Source: an uncultured Chloroflexia bacterium (GTDB taxonomy: Bacteria > Chloroflexota > Limnocylindria > Limnocylindrales > CSP1-4). From it: a stretch of 64,000 nucleotides of DNA. Positions 37,055 to 46,379 of this stretch are shown here, in pieces. Both the position numbers and the translations under genes were made by a program. The first letter of the stretch is position 1, and each line of letters begins with the position of its first letter. The stretch is from NCBI GenBank assembly GCA_963813535.1, contig CAWEZH010000003.1:967810-1031809 (forward strand), given 5' to 3'. The notes beneath the pieces are model-generated. The model was not told where the DNA came from. It saw nothing but the letters and a program-made list of their open reading frames with translations, and did no database searches.

Positions 37055-37636
37055 GTGACAGGGACGACGACCGCGACCAAGCAGGGATTCCTCGACAGGC
37101 TCAACGGACCGTGGCACGAGCGAGCCCTGTGGGTCTACCTCGCCATCGTGATCCTCCATTGGGTCGAGCACCTCTTCCAGGCCGCCCAGATCTGGATCCT
37201 CGGGATGCCGCGTCCCGAGGCCCTCGGTGCGCTCGGCTATGTGTTCCCCTGGCTGGTGAAGTCCGAGGTGATGCACTTCACGTACGCCGTGGTCATGCTC
37301 GCCGGACTCGTCCTGCTCCGACCCGGCTTCCGGGGCGCTGCTCGAGGATGGTGGACGGCGTCCCTGGCCATCCAGACCTGGCACCTCGTGGAACACACGA
37401 CCCTTCAACTACAGGCGCTCGCGGGTCAGAACCTGTTCGGATCCCCGGTGCCCACCAGCTTCCTCCAGGTGTTCGTCCCACGACCGGAGCTTCACCTGCT
37501 CTACAACCTGGCCGTGTTCGTCCCGATGGTCGTGGCGATGTGGCTGCACACCCGTCCCGACCAGGCGGCCGCGAACGAGTGCAGCTGCGCCGATGCACCG
37601 GTCCGGATGGAGCAGGCGGGTCTGACGGGAGTCTGA
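37055..37636 (+). CDS. hypothetical His-rich integral membrane protein
   Basis: GGAGG RBS. TM helices carrying HWVEH, MH, WHLVEH and ELHLLYN. Confidence 0.7.
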   Translation: MTGTTTATKQGFLDRLNGPWHERALWVYLAIVILHWVEHLFQAAQIWILGMPRPEALGALGYVFPWLVKSEVMHFTYAVVMLAGLVLLRPGFRGAARGWWTASLAIQTWHLVEHTTLQLQALAGQNLFGSPVPTSFLQVFVPRPELHLLYNLAVFVPMVVAMWLHTRPDQAAANECSCADAPVRMEQAGLTGV

Positions 37637-37717
37637 ACCGGGTCTCACCCGCGGGCCGCCGTCGGGGCGGCGTGGCGCCCTGACGGTTTCGCGAGACCAC
37701 GCTATCCTCCGTCGGCT

Positions 37718-38413
37718 GTGCGACTGCTCATCGTCGAGGACGAGGTCGACCTCGCCACCGCTCTTGCTACCGGGTTGCGCCGCGAAGGCTATGCGACCGA
37801 CACCGCCGCGAATGCCGCCGAGGCACGCGAGCGCCTCCAGGACACGCCGTACGACGTCGTGTGCCTGGACCTCGGGTTGCCCGACGGCGACGGTCGCGAC
37901 GTCTGCCGTGAGCTGCGCTCCGGCGAGCTGGTGCTGCCGGACGCCACGCCGCCGCGCGTCCTGATGTTGACCGCCCGAGACCATCTCGACGATCGGGTGG
38001 GGGGACTCGACGACGGTGCCGACGACTACCTGGTCAAGCCGTTCAGCTTCGTGGAGCTCGCAGCACGGGTACGCGCTCTCGCCCGGCGTCCGACGACGAA
38101 CGGCGGGGCCACGATCCGGCTGGGGAGCCTCGAGCTCGACGCCGCGCGGCACGAGGCCCATCGAAGCGACCGACGGCTTGACCTGACGCCGAAGGAGTTC
38201 GCGCTCCTGCGCTACTTCATGCTCCATCCGAGCGAGGTCCTGACACCGGAGCGCCTGCTCGAGCACGTATGGGACGACCGCGCGGACCCGTTCACGAATA
38301 CGGTTCGCGTCACGGTGAGCAACCTCCGTCGCAAGCTCGCCGAGGCGGGGAGCGGACAGCCGATCGAGACCGTCGTCGGCGTGGGCTATCGGCTGGTGGA
38401 GGTCATCGCTTGA
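37718..38413 (+). CDS. OmpR-family response regulator
   Basis: LIVEDE, LDLGLPDGDG, GADDYLVKPF, LTPKEFALL, IETVVGVGY. Confidence 0.95.
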   Translation: MRLLIVEDEVDLATALATGLRREGYATDTAANAAEARERLQDTPYDVVCLDLGLPDGDGRDVCRELRSGELVLPDATPPRVLMLTARDHLDDRVGGLDDGADDYLVKPFSFVELAARVRALARRPTTNGGATIRLGSLELDAARHEAHRSDRRLDLTPKEFALLRYFMLHPSEVLTPERLLEHVWDDRADPFTNTVRVTVSNLRRKLAEAGSGQPIETVVGVGYRLVEVIA

Positions 38414-39681
38414 GTCGCTCACCGCTCCGCCGCCTCGCCGGGTCCGTTCGATCGGTCCGCTTCCGGCTGGCGATGCTGGTGACCACGGCCCTGATCGTTA
38501 CGGCGGGTGTGCTCGTGCTGGGCATGAACCTGGCCCTCGACACGGTGGTCGCAACGAGCCCGGTGGAGCAGGCCACGTCGCTCGAGGAGGAACTGCTGCG
38601 GATCCTCGGCATGAGCTTCGCGGAGCTCGATGGGGCCGGCGGCACCGGCGCGACGGACGCACTCCTGAACGTGGAACAGGCCGTCCGCGATCAGACCCTC
38701 CAACTGGTTCGCACCCTATCGATCGCGGCGCTCATCGTGCTGGTCCCGGTCGGCCTCGCGATCGGTTGGGCCGTCGCGGGCCGGGTCGTACGGCCCGTCG
38801 GCACGATCGCCAGCGTCGCCCGGGAGATCGAGGCGACCGATCTCTCGCGTCGGATCCGCCTCGGCGGACCACCCGACGAGATGCGCGACCTCGCGGACAC
38901 GTTCGACGCGATGCTCGACCGGCTCGATCACGGCGTGCAGACACAGCGCCGCTTCGTGGAGGATGCATCGCACGAGCTGCGGAACCCACTGGCGGTCATC
39001 CGCACGACGCTCGACGTCGCGCTCTCGGAGCCGGACGACACCGAGGGCCTGCGCCGCGCGGCCGAGGTGGCCCGTCGGACCGCCGACCGGATGTCGGCCA
39101 CGGTCGACGAGCTCCTGGCGTACGGCCGGACGAGCGTCCAACCCGAGCGACGGGTCCCGGTCGACCTCGCCGAGATCGTGGCCGAGGTCGCCCAGGAGTA
39201 CGACGCCGTGGCCTCGACCCGTGGCGTCCGGCTGTCGCGGCTAGCCCCGTCCGGTCTGGTCGTCGACGGGGACCGGTCCGCGCTGAGGCGAGCCCAGGCG
39301 AACCTCGTCTCGAACGCGCTCCGTGTCGCTCCCCCAGGCTCGGTGGTCCATTGCCGCGCCGGTCGTGCCGGGGGATGGCTGTGGTTCGGCGTCCGCGACG
39401 TCGGACGCGGCATCGCTCCCGACGAGCAGGCCCTCGTCTTTCGCCGGGCTTGGCGCGACGGGGCTCCCGCGGCGGACGGCGGCGGGCACGGCCTGGGTCT
39501 GGCCCTCGTCCGGCAGATCTGCGAGGCGCACGGCGGTACCGTGAGCGTGGCCTCTGTCCCGGGGCACGGCGCGAGCTTCGTCGTGTGGCTGCCGGACCGA
39601 CGGGGCGGTGCCGGGGCGGTGCCGGCGATCGACCTCCGAGCGATGGCCGATCCGCTGTGGACGGTGGACGCGGCCTCCTGA
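38410..39681 (+). CDS. HAMP-domain sensor histidine kinase
   Basis: Two TM helices, HAMP, DASHELRNPL, NLVSNA, DVGRGI, GLGLALV. Confidence 0.92.
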   Translation: MSRSPLRRLAGSVRSVRFRLAMLVTTALIVTAGVLVLGMNLALDTVVATSPVEQATSLEEELLRILGMSFAELDGAGGTGATDALLNVEQAVRDQTLQLVRTLSIAALIVLVPVGLAIGWAVAGRVVRPVGTIASVAREIEATDLSRRIRLGGPPDEMRDLADTFDAMLDRLDHGVQTQRRFVEDASHELRNPLAVIRTTLDVALSEPDDTEGLRRAAEVARRTADRMSATVDELLAYGRTSVQPERRVPVDLAEIVAEVAQEYDAVASTRGVRLSRLAPSGLVVDGDRSALRRAQANLVSNALRVAPPGSVVHCRAGRAGGWLWFGVRDVGRGIAPDEQALVFRRAWRDGAPAADGGGHGLGLALVRQICEAHGGTVSVASVPGHGASFVVWLPDRRGGAGAVPAIDLRAMADPLWTVDAAS

Positions 39682-39812
39682 CCGACTCTTTAGGTCGTCC
39701 TTACATCGCCCGAACGCCCTCGTTATCACCCATCTCCTAGCCTCCGGATCACTGGCCGGACCGGCATCGGTCCGACTGCAAGCGACCGCACAGGATCCGG
39801 AGGCCCGCCCAC

Positions 39813-41147
39813 GTGGACGATCCCTTCGCCGGCGACGAGCGTCAGCACAAGAGCTGGCGCGACCTGCCGCCGACCCCACCCCTCGTCTGGCCCACCACAG
39901 CACCCGCATTCGCGAGCATGACGGCCGGTGCCGCGGCACTGCCGCTGCCCGCAGCCAGAGGCGCGAGACGGCCCCGGCGCCGGTTCGTCGTCGGCACCGC
40001 CCTGCTCGTCGGGGCGATCGCCCTTGTCGGCACCGGGATGCTCGCCATCGGCGACCGCCTCGGGGCGCTGCAGTCGTCCCTCGCCATGGCCGGTGGTCCG
40101 GCCGCGCCCGACAAGGCGGCAGCGGCGATCCCGCCGAGCGATGAGCCGCTCGCGGATACGGCCGCAAGGCTCCTGCCCTCGGTCGTGCAGATCGAGGCCG
40201 GTGCAGGGGTCGGTTCCGGGTTCGTTGCCGCCGAAGGCGGACTCATCCTCACCGCGTCACATGTCGTCGGTGGATCGGACAGCGTCACGCTCCGGCTCCA
40301 CGACGGCACGAGCGTCTCCGGCGACGTGGTTGCGGTCGACAAGTCGATCGACACCGCGGTCATCCGGGCCGAGGAGGGGGCCGCTGCCGGCCTGAAGCCG
40401 TTCGTCCTCGGCGCCCTCGCCGATGTGCAGGTGGGCGAGATGACGATCGCGGTCGGGAGCCCGTTCGGCCTGAGCCAGACGGTGACCACCGGCATCGTGA
40501 GCGCGCTCGGCCGCACGGTGCCCACGCCGATGGGCGAGCTGCACGACCTGATCCAAACGGATGCAGCGATCAACTCCGGCAACTCGGGCGGTCCCTTGGC
40601 TGACCGGGAGGGTCGAGCGATCGGTATCAACACCGCCATCGCGAGCGCCTCGGGCGGCAGCGACGGCATCGGCTTCGCCGTGCCGGTCGACCAGGCCGCC
40701 AGGATCCTGGACAAGGTCAAGGACGGCACGTGGAAGGCCGAGGACAACGACCCGGCCGACTCGATGGACCCGCTCGGTGGGATGTTCGACGAGTTCCTCG
40801 GTCCGGACGGGCTGGACGGCCTGCGCGATCTGTTCGGTGGGCCCGGCGGATCGCAGCCACCGAACGGCCCTTCCGGTGGTTCGGACATGGCCGACCGGAT
40901 GCTCCAGCAGATGCTCGACATGTTCATGCGCGAACTCCAGCGGGAGCTCGCCCCGGGAGCCCCGGCTCCACAGCCCGCACCGGGTCCGGAGACGACGCCC
41001 GCGCCGAACGGTGCGGATGACCCGGTCGCCGGCGCCCTGGACGGCCTGATGCGGCAGTTCCTGGACGAGCTCCGCCAGGGGCTGAACCCGGACGGGACAT
41101 CGGATCCATTCGCCCCCGATCAGGGCGCCGACAGCCAGGGAGCATGA
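39813..41147 (+). CDS. trypsin-like (S1C/HtrA) serine protease without a PDZ domain
   Basis: One TM helix, GSGF, LTASH, D, IQTDAAINSGNSGGPL, GIGFAVP. Helical low-complexity C-terminus. Confidence 0.88.
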   Translation: MDDPFAGDERQHKSWRDLPPTPPLVWPTTAPAFASMTAGAAALPLPAARGARRPRRRFVVGTALLVGAIALVGTGMLAIGDRLGALQSSLAMAGGPAAPDKAAAAIPPSDEPLADTAARLLPSVVQIEAGAGVGSGFVAAEGGLILTASHVVGGSDSVTLRLHDGTSVSGDVVAVDKSIDTAVIRAEEGAAAGLKPFVLGALADVQVGEMTIAVGSPFGLSQTVTTGIVSALGRTVPTPMGELHDLIQTDAAINSGNSGGPLADREGRAIGINTAIASASGGSDGIGFAVPVDQAARILDKVKDGTWKAEDNDPADSMDPLGGMFDEFLGPDGLDGLRDLFGGPGGSQPPNGPSGGSDMADRMLQQMLDMFMRELQRELAPGAPAPQPAPGPETTPAPNGADDPVAGALDGLMRQFLDELRQGLNPDGTSDPFAPDQGADSQGA

Positions 41148-42247
41148 CCGTGATCGACCTCGCGACCACACGCCTCGCACACGTCCGGCACGAGCTGGGC
41201 CAGGTCATCGTCGGCCAGGATCGGGTCGTCGATCGACTCCTCGTGGCCGTGCTGGCCGACGGGCACGTCCTGCTCGAAGGCGCGCCCGGCCTGGGAAAGA
41301 CGCTGCTGCTTGCGACCCTTGCGCGGATCCTGGGCGGCTCATTCAACCGCATCCAGTTCACGCCGGACCTGATCCCGTCCGACATCGTCGGGACCCGGAT
41401 CTTCCGGCCATCGTCGGAATCGTTCGACGTCGAACCCGGGCCGATCATCGCCAACATCGTCCTTGTCGACGAGATCAACCGCGCCCCCGCGCGCGTCCAG
41501 TCGGCGCTGCTCGAGGCGATGGCAGAGCGGCAGGTCACGGTCGGCGGTCGCACCTTCGCGATGCCGCGGCCGTTCCTCGTGGTCGCCACCCAGAACCCCG
41601 TCGAATCGGAGGGCGTCTATCCGCTCGCGGAGGCCCAGCGCGACCAATTCCTCATGCGCATCCCCGTCGACTACCCGACACCGAACGAGGAGCGAGCGAT
41701 CGTCGCGCGGATGGCGGACGAGCCACCGCAGGCGGCCCGCCTGCTCGATGCTGCGGACGTCGTCGACCTGCAGCTCGCGGCACGGCGAGTCGTGATCGAC
41801 GAGGCAGCGACCGACTACGCGATCCGGCTGGTGCTCGCCACCCGCGATCCGGCGGCGCACTTGCTTCCCAAGCTGGTCGGGCTGCTCGAGTACGGCGCGA
41901 GTCCGCGAGCGTCGCTGGGGCTCGTCCGGAGCGCCCGAGCCATGGCCCTCCTGCGTGGACGCCAGCGTGCGGTGGCGCAGGACGTCTACGACGTCGCCTA
42001 CGACATCCTGAATGCGCGACTCGCGCTGTCCTACCGAGCGCTGGCCGAGGGGTTCACGATCGACGACGTCCTCGTCGAGCTGTTGACGACGGTCCCGGCC
42101 CCGGGTGTGACCGCATGGCCGACGCCGGCGCCGGTGGCTCCGACGCAGGTGGCTACCGCTGACTCGGATACCTCTCGGTACGTGACCGCATGGGCCGCGC
42201 CGACGCCACCGATCGTCCTGCCGGGCGATCCGCCGGCCGCGCGGTGA
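41144..42247 (+). CDS. moxR: MoxR family AAA+ ATPase
   Basis: HVLLEGAPGLGKT, RIQFTPDL.PSD, DEINRAP, ATQNP.E.EG.Y.L, GASPRA. Confidence 0.92.
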   Translation: MTVIDLATTRLAHVRHELGQVIVGQDRVVDRLLVAVLADGHVLLEGAPGLGKTLLLATLARILGGSFNRIQFTPDLIPSDIVGTRIFRPSSESFDVEPGPIIANIVLVDEINRAPARVQSALLEAMAERQVTVGGRTFAMPRPFLVVATQNPVESEGVYPLAEAQRDQFLMRIPVDYPTPNEERAIVARMADEPPQAARLLDAADVVDLQLAARRVVIDEAATDYAIRLVLATRDPAAHLLPKLVGLLEYGASPRASLGLVRSARAMALLRGRQRAVAQDVYDVAYDILNARLALSYRALAEGFTIDDVLVELLTTVPAPGVTAWPTPAPVAPTQVATADSDTSRYVTAWAAPTPPIVLPGDPPAAR

Positions 42248-43185
42248 CATCAGAACCGCGTGCCGGTCTCGACCTGCCGGCACGCCTCCGCCGCATCGAG
42301 CTCGCGGTCGGCCGCAAGGTGGTCGGCCGCCGAGACGGTCGGCATGCCTCGGTCGTGCTCGGCCACGGCGTCGAGTCGGGTGAGGCGCGACCCTACGAGC
42401 CAGGCGACGACGTCCGCCGGATGGACTGGGCGATCCTGGCCCGGACCGGCGAACCGCATGTCCGGGACGCGATCCAGGAGCGCGACCTCGACGTCGCCGT
42501 CCTCATCGACCGTTCCGGCAGCCTCGACTTCGGGACCGTCGGGTGGCGGAAGGCCGACCTGGCTCTCAACGTCGCATCGGCCGTGTCGGGGCTCGCGGTC
42601 CAAGGCGGTGACCGGATCGGGGCGGTCGTCGCGACCGCCGGAGGGCCACGCATCGTGCCGATCCGCGGGGGTCGCCGGCATCTGACGGGTCTCGTCGGCA
42701 GCATCGCGCGATCACCGCTCGGGGGCGAGGTCGATCTCGGTCGCGCCATCGACGGTCTCGGACGCCTCATGCGACGCGGCGGCCTCGCGATCGTGATCTC
42801 GGACTTCATCGCGGCTCCCGAGACCTGGAGCCCCGCGCTTGCCCGGCTCGGACGCCGTAGCGAGATCATCGCCATCGAGGTCCTCGACCCGCGCGAGATC
42901 AGACTGCCCGACGTCGGCCTGCTGGTGGTCGAGGACCCCGAGACCGGCCGCCAGCGGACGATCGACACCAGCGACGAACGGTTCCGCGAGCGACTGGTCG
43001 ACCTCGCCGAGCGTCGTCGCGCCACGAGGTCGACCGCGATCCGGCGCGCGGGCGCCACACACCTGCGACTTCGGACGGACCAGGAGTGGACCGGTCCACT
43101 CGCCGCCTGTCTCGACGGACGCCGACGCACGCGATCGATAGGTCGACACGTGGCGTCCCATCCAACGACCGGAGCTGCCCGATGA
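42244..43185 (+). CDS. DUF58 domain protein
   Basis: RPYEPGDDVRRMDW...ART, DRSGS, VISDF. Confidence 0.88.
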   Translation: MTSEPRAGLDLPARLRRIELAVGRKVVGRRDGRHASVVLGHGVESGEARPYEPGDDVRRMDWAILARTGEPHVRDAIQERDLDVAVLIDRSGSLDFGTVGWRKADLALNVASAVSGLAVQGGDRIGAVVATAGGPRIVPIRGGRRHLTGLVGSIARSPLGGEVDLGRAIDGLGRLMRRGGLAIVISDFIAAPETWSPALARLGRRSEIIAIEVLDPREIRLPDVGLLVVEDPETGRQRTIDTSDERFRERLVDLAERRRATRSTAIRRAGATHLRLRTDQEWTGPLAACLDGRRRTRSIGRHVASHPTTGAAR

Positions 43186-44147
43186 TGCCGTTCGCGCCCG
43201 ATCTGATGTTCCTGTCGCCCGAGCGGTTCGCACTCCTCCTGGTGCCGCTCGTGTTCGCGGCACTCTACGTCGTCAGGCAGCGCCGGCGCCGTGCCTACGT
43301 GGTCCGCTACACGGACCTTGCCCTGATCGACGCGGTGGCGCCCCGACGCCCGGGCCTTCGGCGCCATCTCATCGCCGCGGTCTACCTGGCGTCGACGGCC
43401 CTGATCGTCGTCGCGGCTGCTCGCCCCGCCCTGGCGACCGAGGTGGCGAACGAGCCGACCGTCGTCCTCGCGTTCGACACGTCGCTGTCGATGGAGGCGA
43501 CGGATGTCGCTCCGAGCCGCATCGTGGCGGCACGCGACGCGGCTCACCGGTTCATCGAGGTCGTCCCCGCAGGCGTCCGGGTCGGCCTGGTCGCGTTCGA
43601 CCAGACGGCACGGGTCGTCATCCCGCCGACGACGTCGAAGCTGGTCCTCGACCGAGCGATCGATCGGCTGTCCCTGGGTCAGGGAACGGCGATCGGCGAA
43701 GCGATCTACACGTCTCTGGACCTGCTCGAGTCGGACGTGCCCGCCGATGCGGAGGCCGCCGGCGCGGGATCGATCGTGCTGATGTCCGACGGCGACACGA
43801 CGACCGGACGACCGGAGGGGGACGCCGCCCGTGACGCGGAGCGCCGCGGCGTCAAGGTCAGCACCGTCGCCTTCGGCACCGACCATGGGTCGGTGGTGGT
43901 CGACTTCCTGCCGGTCCCGGTGCCGGTCGACCGGGACGCGCTACGCGACATCGCCGAGACCACGGGTGGCAAGGCGTTCGAGGCCGAATCGGCCGAGGAG
44001 GTCGTGTCGGTGTTCGAGGACCTGGGCCAGGGGGTCGGCACCCGCACGGAGCCGCGGGAGATCACCGACGGCCTGGCTCTCGCGGCGCTCGTGGCGGCAG
44101 CAGTCGCCGCCGCCGGCTCGCTCCTCTGGTTCGCTCGCATCCCGTAG
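43182..44147 (+). CDS. VWA domain membrane protein (BatA-like)
   Basis: DTSLSM MIDAS, GTAIG, LMSDG; N- and C-terminal TM helices. Confidence 0.9.
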   Translation: MMPFAPDLMFLSPERFALLLVPLVFAALYVVRQRRRRAYVVRYTDLALIDAVAPRRPGLRRHLIAAVYLASTALIVVAAARPALATEVANEPTVVLAFDTSLSMEATDVAPSRIVAARDAAHRFIEVVPAGVRVGLVAFDQTARVVIPPTTSKLVLDRAIDRLSLGQGTAIGEAIYTSLDLLESDVPADAEAAGAGSIVLMSDGDTTTGRPEGDAARDAERRGVKVSTVAFGTDHGSVVVDFLPVPVPVDRDALRDIAETTGGKAFEAESAEEVVSVFEDLGQGVGTRTEPREITDGLALAALVAAAVAAAGSLLWFARIP

Positions 44148-44466
44148 GGCCGGGCGCGCCAGCTTGCCAGTCTGTTCAGCCGGCTTCCACGGTCACCGAC
44201 TTGAGTGCTCCCGCGGTATGGTCCCCTCGGTCAGCGCGAGGATGTGGAACCGTCGATGGAGAGCCTTGAGCTGATCGCCCAACTCGGGATCCGCTCTCCC
44301 GCCGACGGGATCGTGACGGAACTCGTTCCGCTGCTCGCGCCAGGCCGAGGCGAGCACCCGTAGCCTCGATGCCCCAGGTCGCGACCCGTTTCAACGACTG
44401 CCCGTCCGACGAGCCACACGCACCGATCCGCAACCCGACTGAAACAGGCTGCGCGACCGGTGTGGC

Positions 44467-44739
44467 ATGCCACTCGACGATCCTCCATACGCTCGATGGA
44501 TGCATCCAATTGGGCGGCCGCGCCTGGTATGTCTGCCATCCCGCGATCGCCAGTTCGGTGCGCATGTCGAGGCGCTGATGACAGTGCGTCCGGACCTGCG
44601 GGAACCGACCGATCTGCAGGCGGCTCTTCGGCAGACGTATCCTTCGGCCCTGGTGCGGCCGAGCGAGCTCAGCGGGCTCCGGACGCCCACCTGGTACGTC
44701 TATCGCGACGGGACCTTCCCCTGGCCGGACGTGACGTGA
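44467..44739 (+). CDS. small hypothetical protein
   Basis: Globular-looking ORF ending LQAALRQTYPSALVR...WYVYRDG. Confidence 0.55.
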   Translation: MPLDDPPYARWMHPIGRPRLVCLPSRDRQFGAHVEALMTVRPDLREPTDLQAALRQTYPSALVRPSELSGLRTPTWYVYRDGTFPWPDVT

Positions 44740-44759
44740 TCAAACCTCGCCGCCAGGGA

Positions 44760-45315
44760 TCCACGGTGGAAGGAGCGTCGCGCCCCATGCGAAGACTCGT
44801 TCGCTCGGCACGATCGGCTTCGCATGCAGGGGCCAGAGCCTGCCGTCGGACTCCGGCCTCGACCTTATCTACGACAAGCCGAACCGGTGGAACATCGAGG
44901 GCGAACCGACGGTCTACCTGAGCGGTGACCCGGGCTTGGCGCTCGTGGAATCGGGGCGTCATCCGGATGACTTGGAAGGCCGCATCCGCCTGTTCCAGGC
45001 GGACCTCCGCGTTCCCTGGTCGTCGACCTGCGCGACCGGGAAGTACGCGTCGCTTTGTCGCTCCTGGAGGATCTCGACTGGGTCCTCGATCGGGAGGCGA
45101 CTCGGCAGGTGCCCCAGTGGCTGCGCCGCTCCGGAGTGTGTGACGTCCTGATCGTGCCGAGCGCTGGGTCGCTTGACCAACCGGACCGGTTCAACATCGT
45201 CGTGTTCTCGGACCAACGATCGAGGATCCCCGGGATGGTCACGGACCTCCGGGTGATCGGGACCGTCTCGATCGAAATCGCCCAGTCGAAGATGGCCGAC
45301 GCCCTGCCGCGCTAG
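44760..45315 (+). pseudogene. RES-domain protein, frameshifted near 45018 and lacking an in-frame start
   Basis: NRWNIEGEPTVYLS...LALVE, then VVDLR...LIVPS...FNIVVF in the next frame. Confidence 0.6.
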
Positions 45316-45494
45316 ACCAGCGGAGCGCCTGGCCTAGCCGCAAAGTGCCCGGCCGGCTGCTCCGCCTGCCCGCTTCGCCAGTCGCAATGTGCTTGTTGCG
45401 GTCACGCCCCCTATGGATGAACTCGCAGCAGCGTTCGTGCCGCAACCATGGCTGCGACGGGGGAACACCAGATCAACGAGGAGGAGGCCCGGAC

Positions 45495-45992
45495 ATGTCT
45501 GCCAAGAGGGGCGAGGAATTCATCAAGCACGAGTTCGACGAGGCGATCGCGGTCCAGCAGTCGATCGTGGACGCTGAGACGGCGCTGGCCGAGACGCACC
45601 CGGTAGCGTCCGCCAAGACGGCTATCAAGCAAAGCCTGCGGCGCGACACGAGCTACCTCAAGGAGCTGCAGACGCTCGGCGCGAAGCACGGCGCGACGGG
45701 TGAGATCGAGGACGTCGCCGGCGGGCTCAAGTCGCTCATGGAGCAAACCCTCGAGACTGCGCAGACCGAGGGCGCGGACAGCGATTACTACGAGGCCCAC
45801 GCGGTGCTGCTTAACCTCAAGCGCAAGCAGATGGACTCGGCCGGCGGCATGCTCAAGATCGCCCGCGACCAGAAGGACACGAAGCTGCGCGACGCCGCGA
45901 AGGAATTCGAGAGCGCACAGAAGACGACCTCGAAGGATCTGGCCACCGAGCTTGCCGGCTACGCGGTCCAGATCGCCAACGCGCCGTCATGA
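45495..45992 (+). CDS. hypothetical helical-bundle (ferritin-like?) protein
   Basis: Strong GAGGAGG RBS; all-helical amphipathic pattern. Confidence 0.7.
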   Translation: MSAKRGEEFIKHEFDEAIAVQQSIVDAETALAETHPVASAKTAIKQSLRRDTSYLKELQTLGAKHGATGEIEDVAGGLKSLMEQTLETAQTEGADSDYYEAHAVLLNLKRKQMDSAGGMLKIARDQKDTKLRDAAKEFESAQKTTSKDLATELAGYAVQIANAPS

Positions 45993-46273
45993 GCGAGCCG
46001 CTTGATCCGGGCGCCTATATCGGGCAGGAGCCCGAGCTGGAGGAAGAGACCATCCCGGGCGGGCTGAAGCCCGGCGACGAGCGTGTCGCCGCCCACGACG
46101 CCGCTCCTGGCGTGCCGGGCGAGCCGAACGCTCCCGCAGGTCGGCCTGACGGGCGGTCAGAGTTTGATCGCCTCCGCGATGCGGGCCAGGCGGCCGACGA
46201 AGGGTCATCGAACGGCCCGGATGGCGATCAGGCTTCGCGATCCGATGCCGGCGAGTCGACTCCGACACGCTAG
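45989..46273 (+). CDS. small acidic disordered hypothetical protein
   Basis: ATGA overlap with the upstream gene. Confidence 0.55.
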   Translation: MSEPLDPGAYIGQEPELEEETIPGGLKPGDERVAAHDAAPGVPGEPNAPAGRPDGRSEFDRLRDAGQAADEGSSNGPDGDQASRSDAGESTPTR

Positions 46274-46379
46274 GACCGACCGCAACCCAGTCAGGTCCGA
46301 CGGCGCGATCCGGATCGCCCCGGTCGTCCGGCCGTCCTTACGGGGAAACGGTCGGGACCAAGCTTCAGAGGAGGATCAC

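Noticed and set aside
44148-44466. Short ORFs or fragments after the VWA gene
   Set aside because: No recognisable motif or RBS, so no call can be supported.
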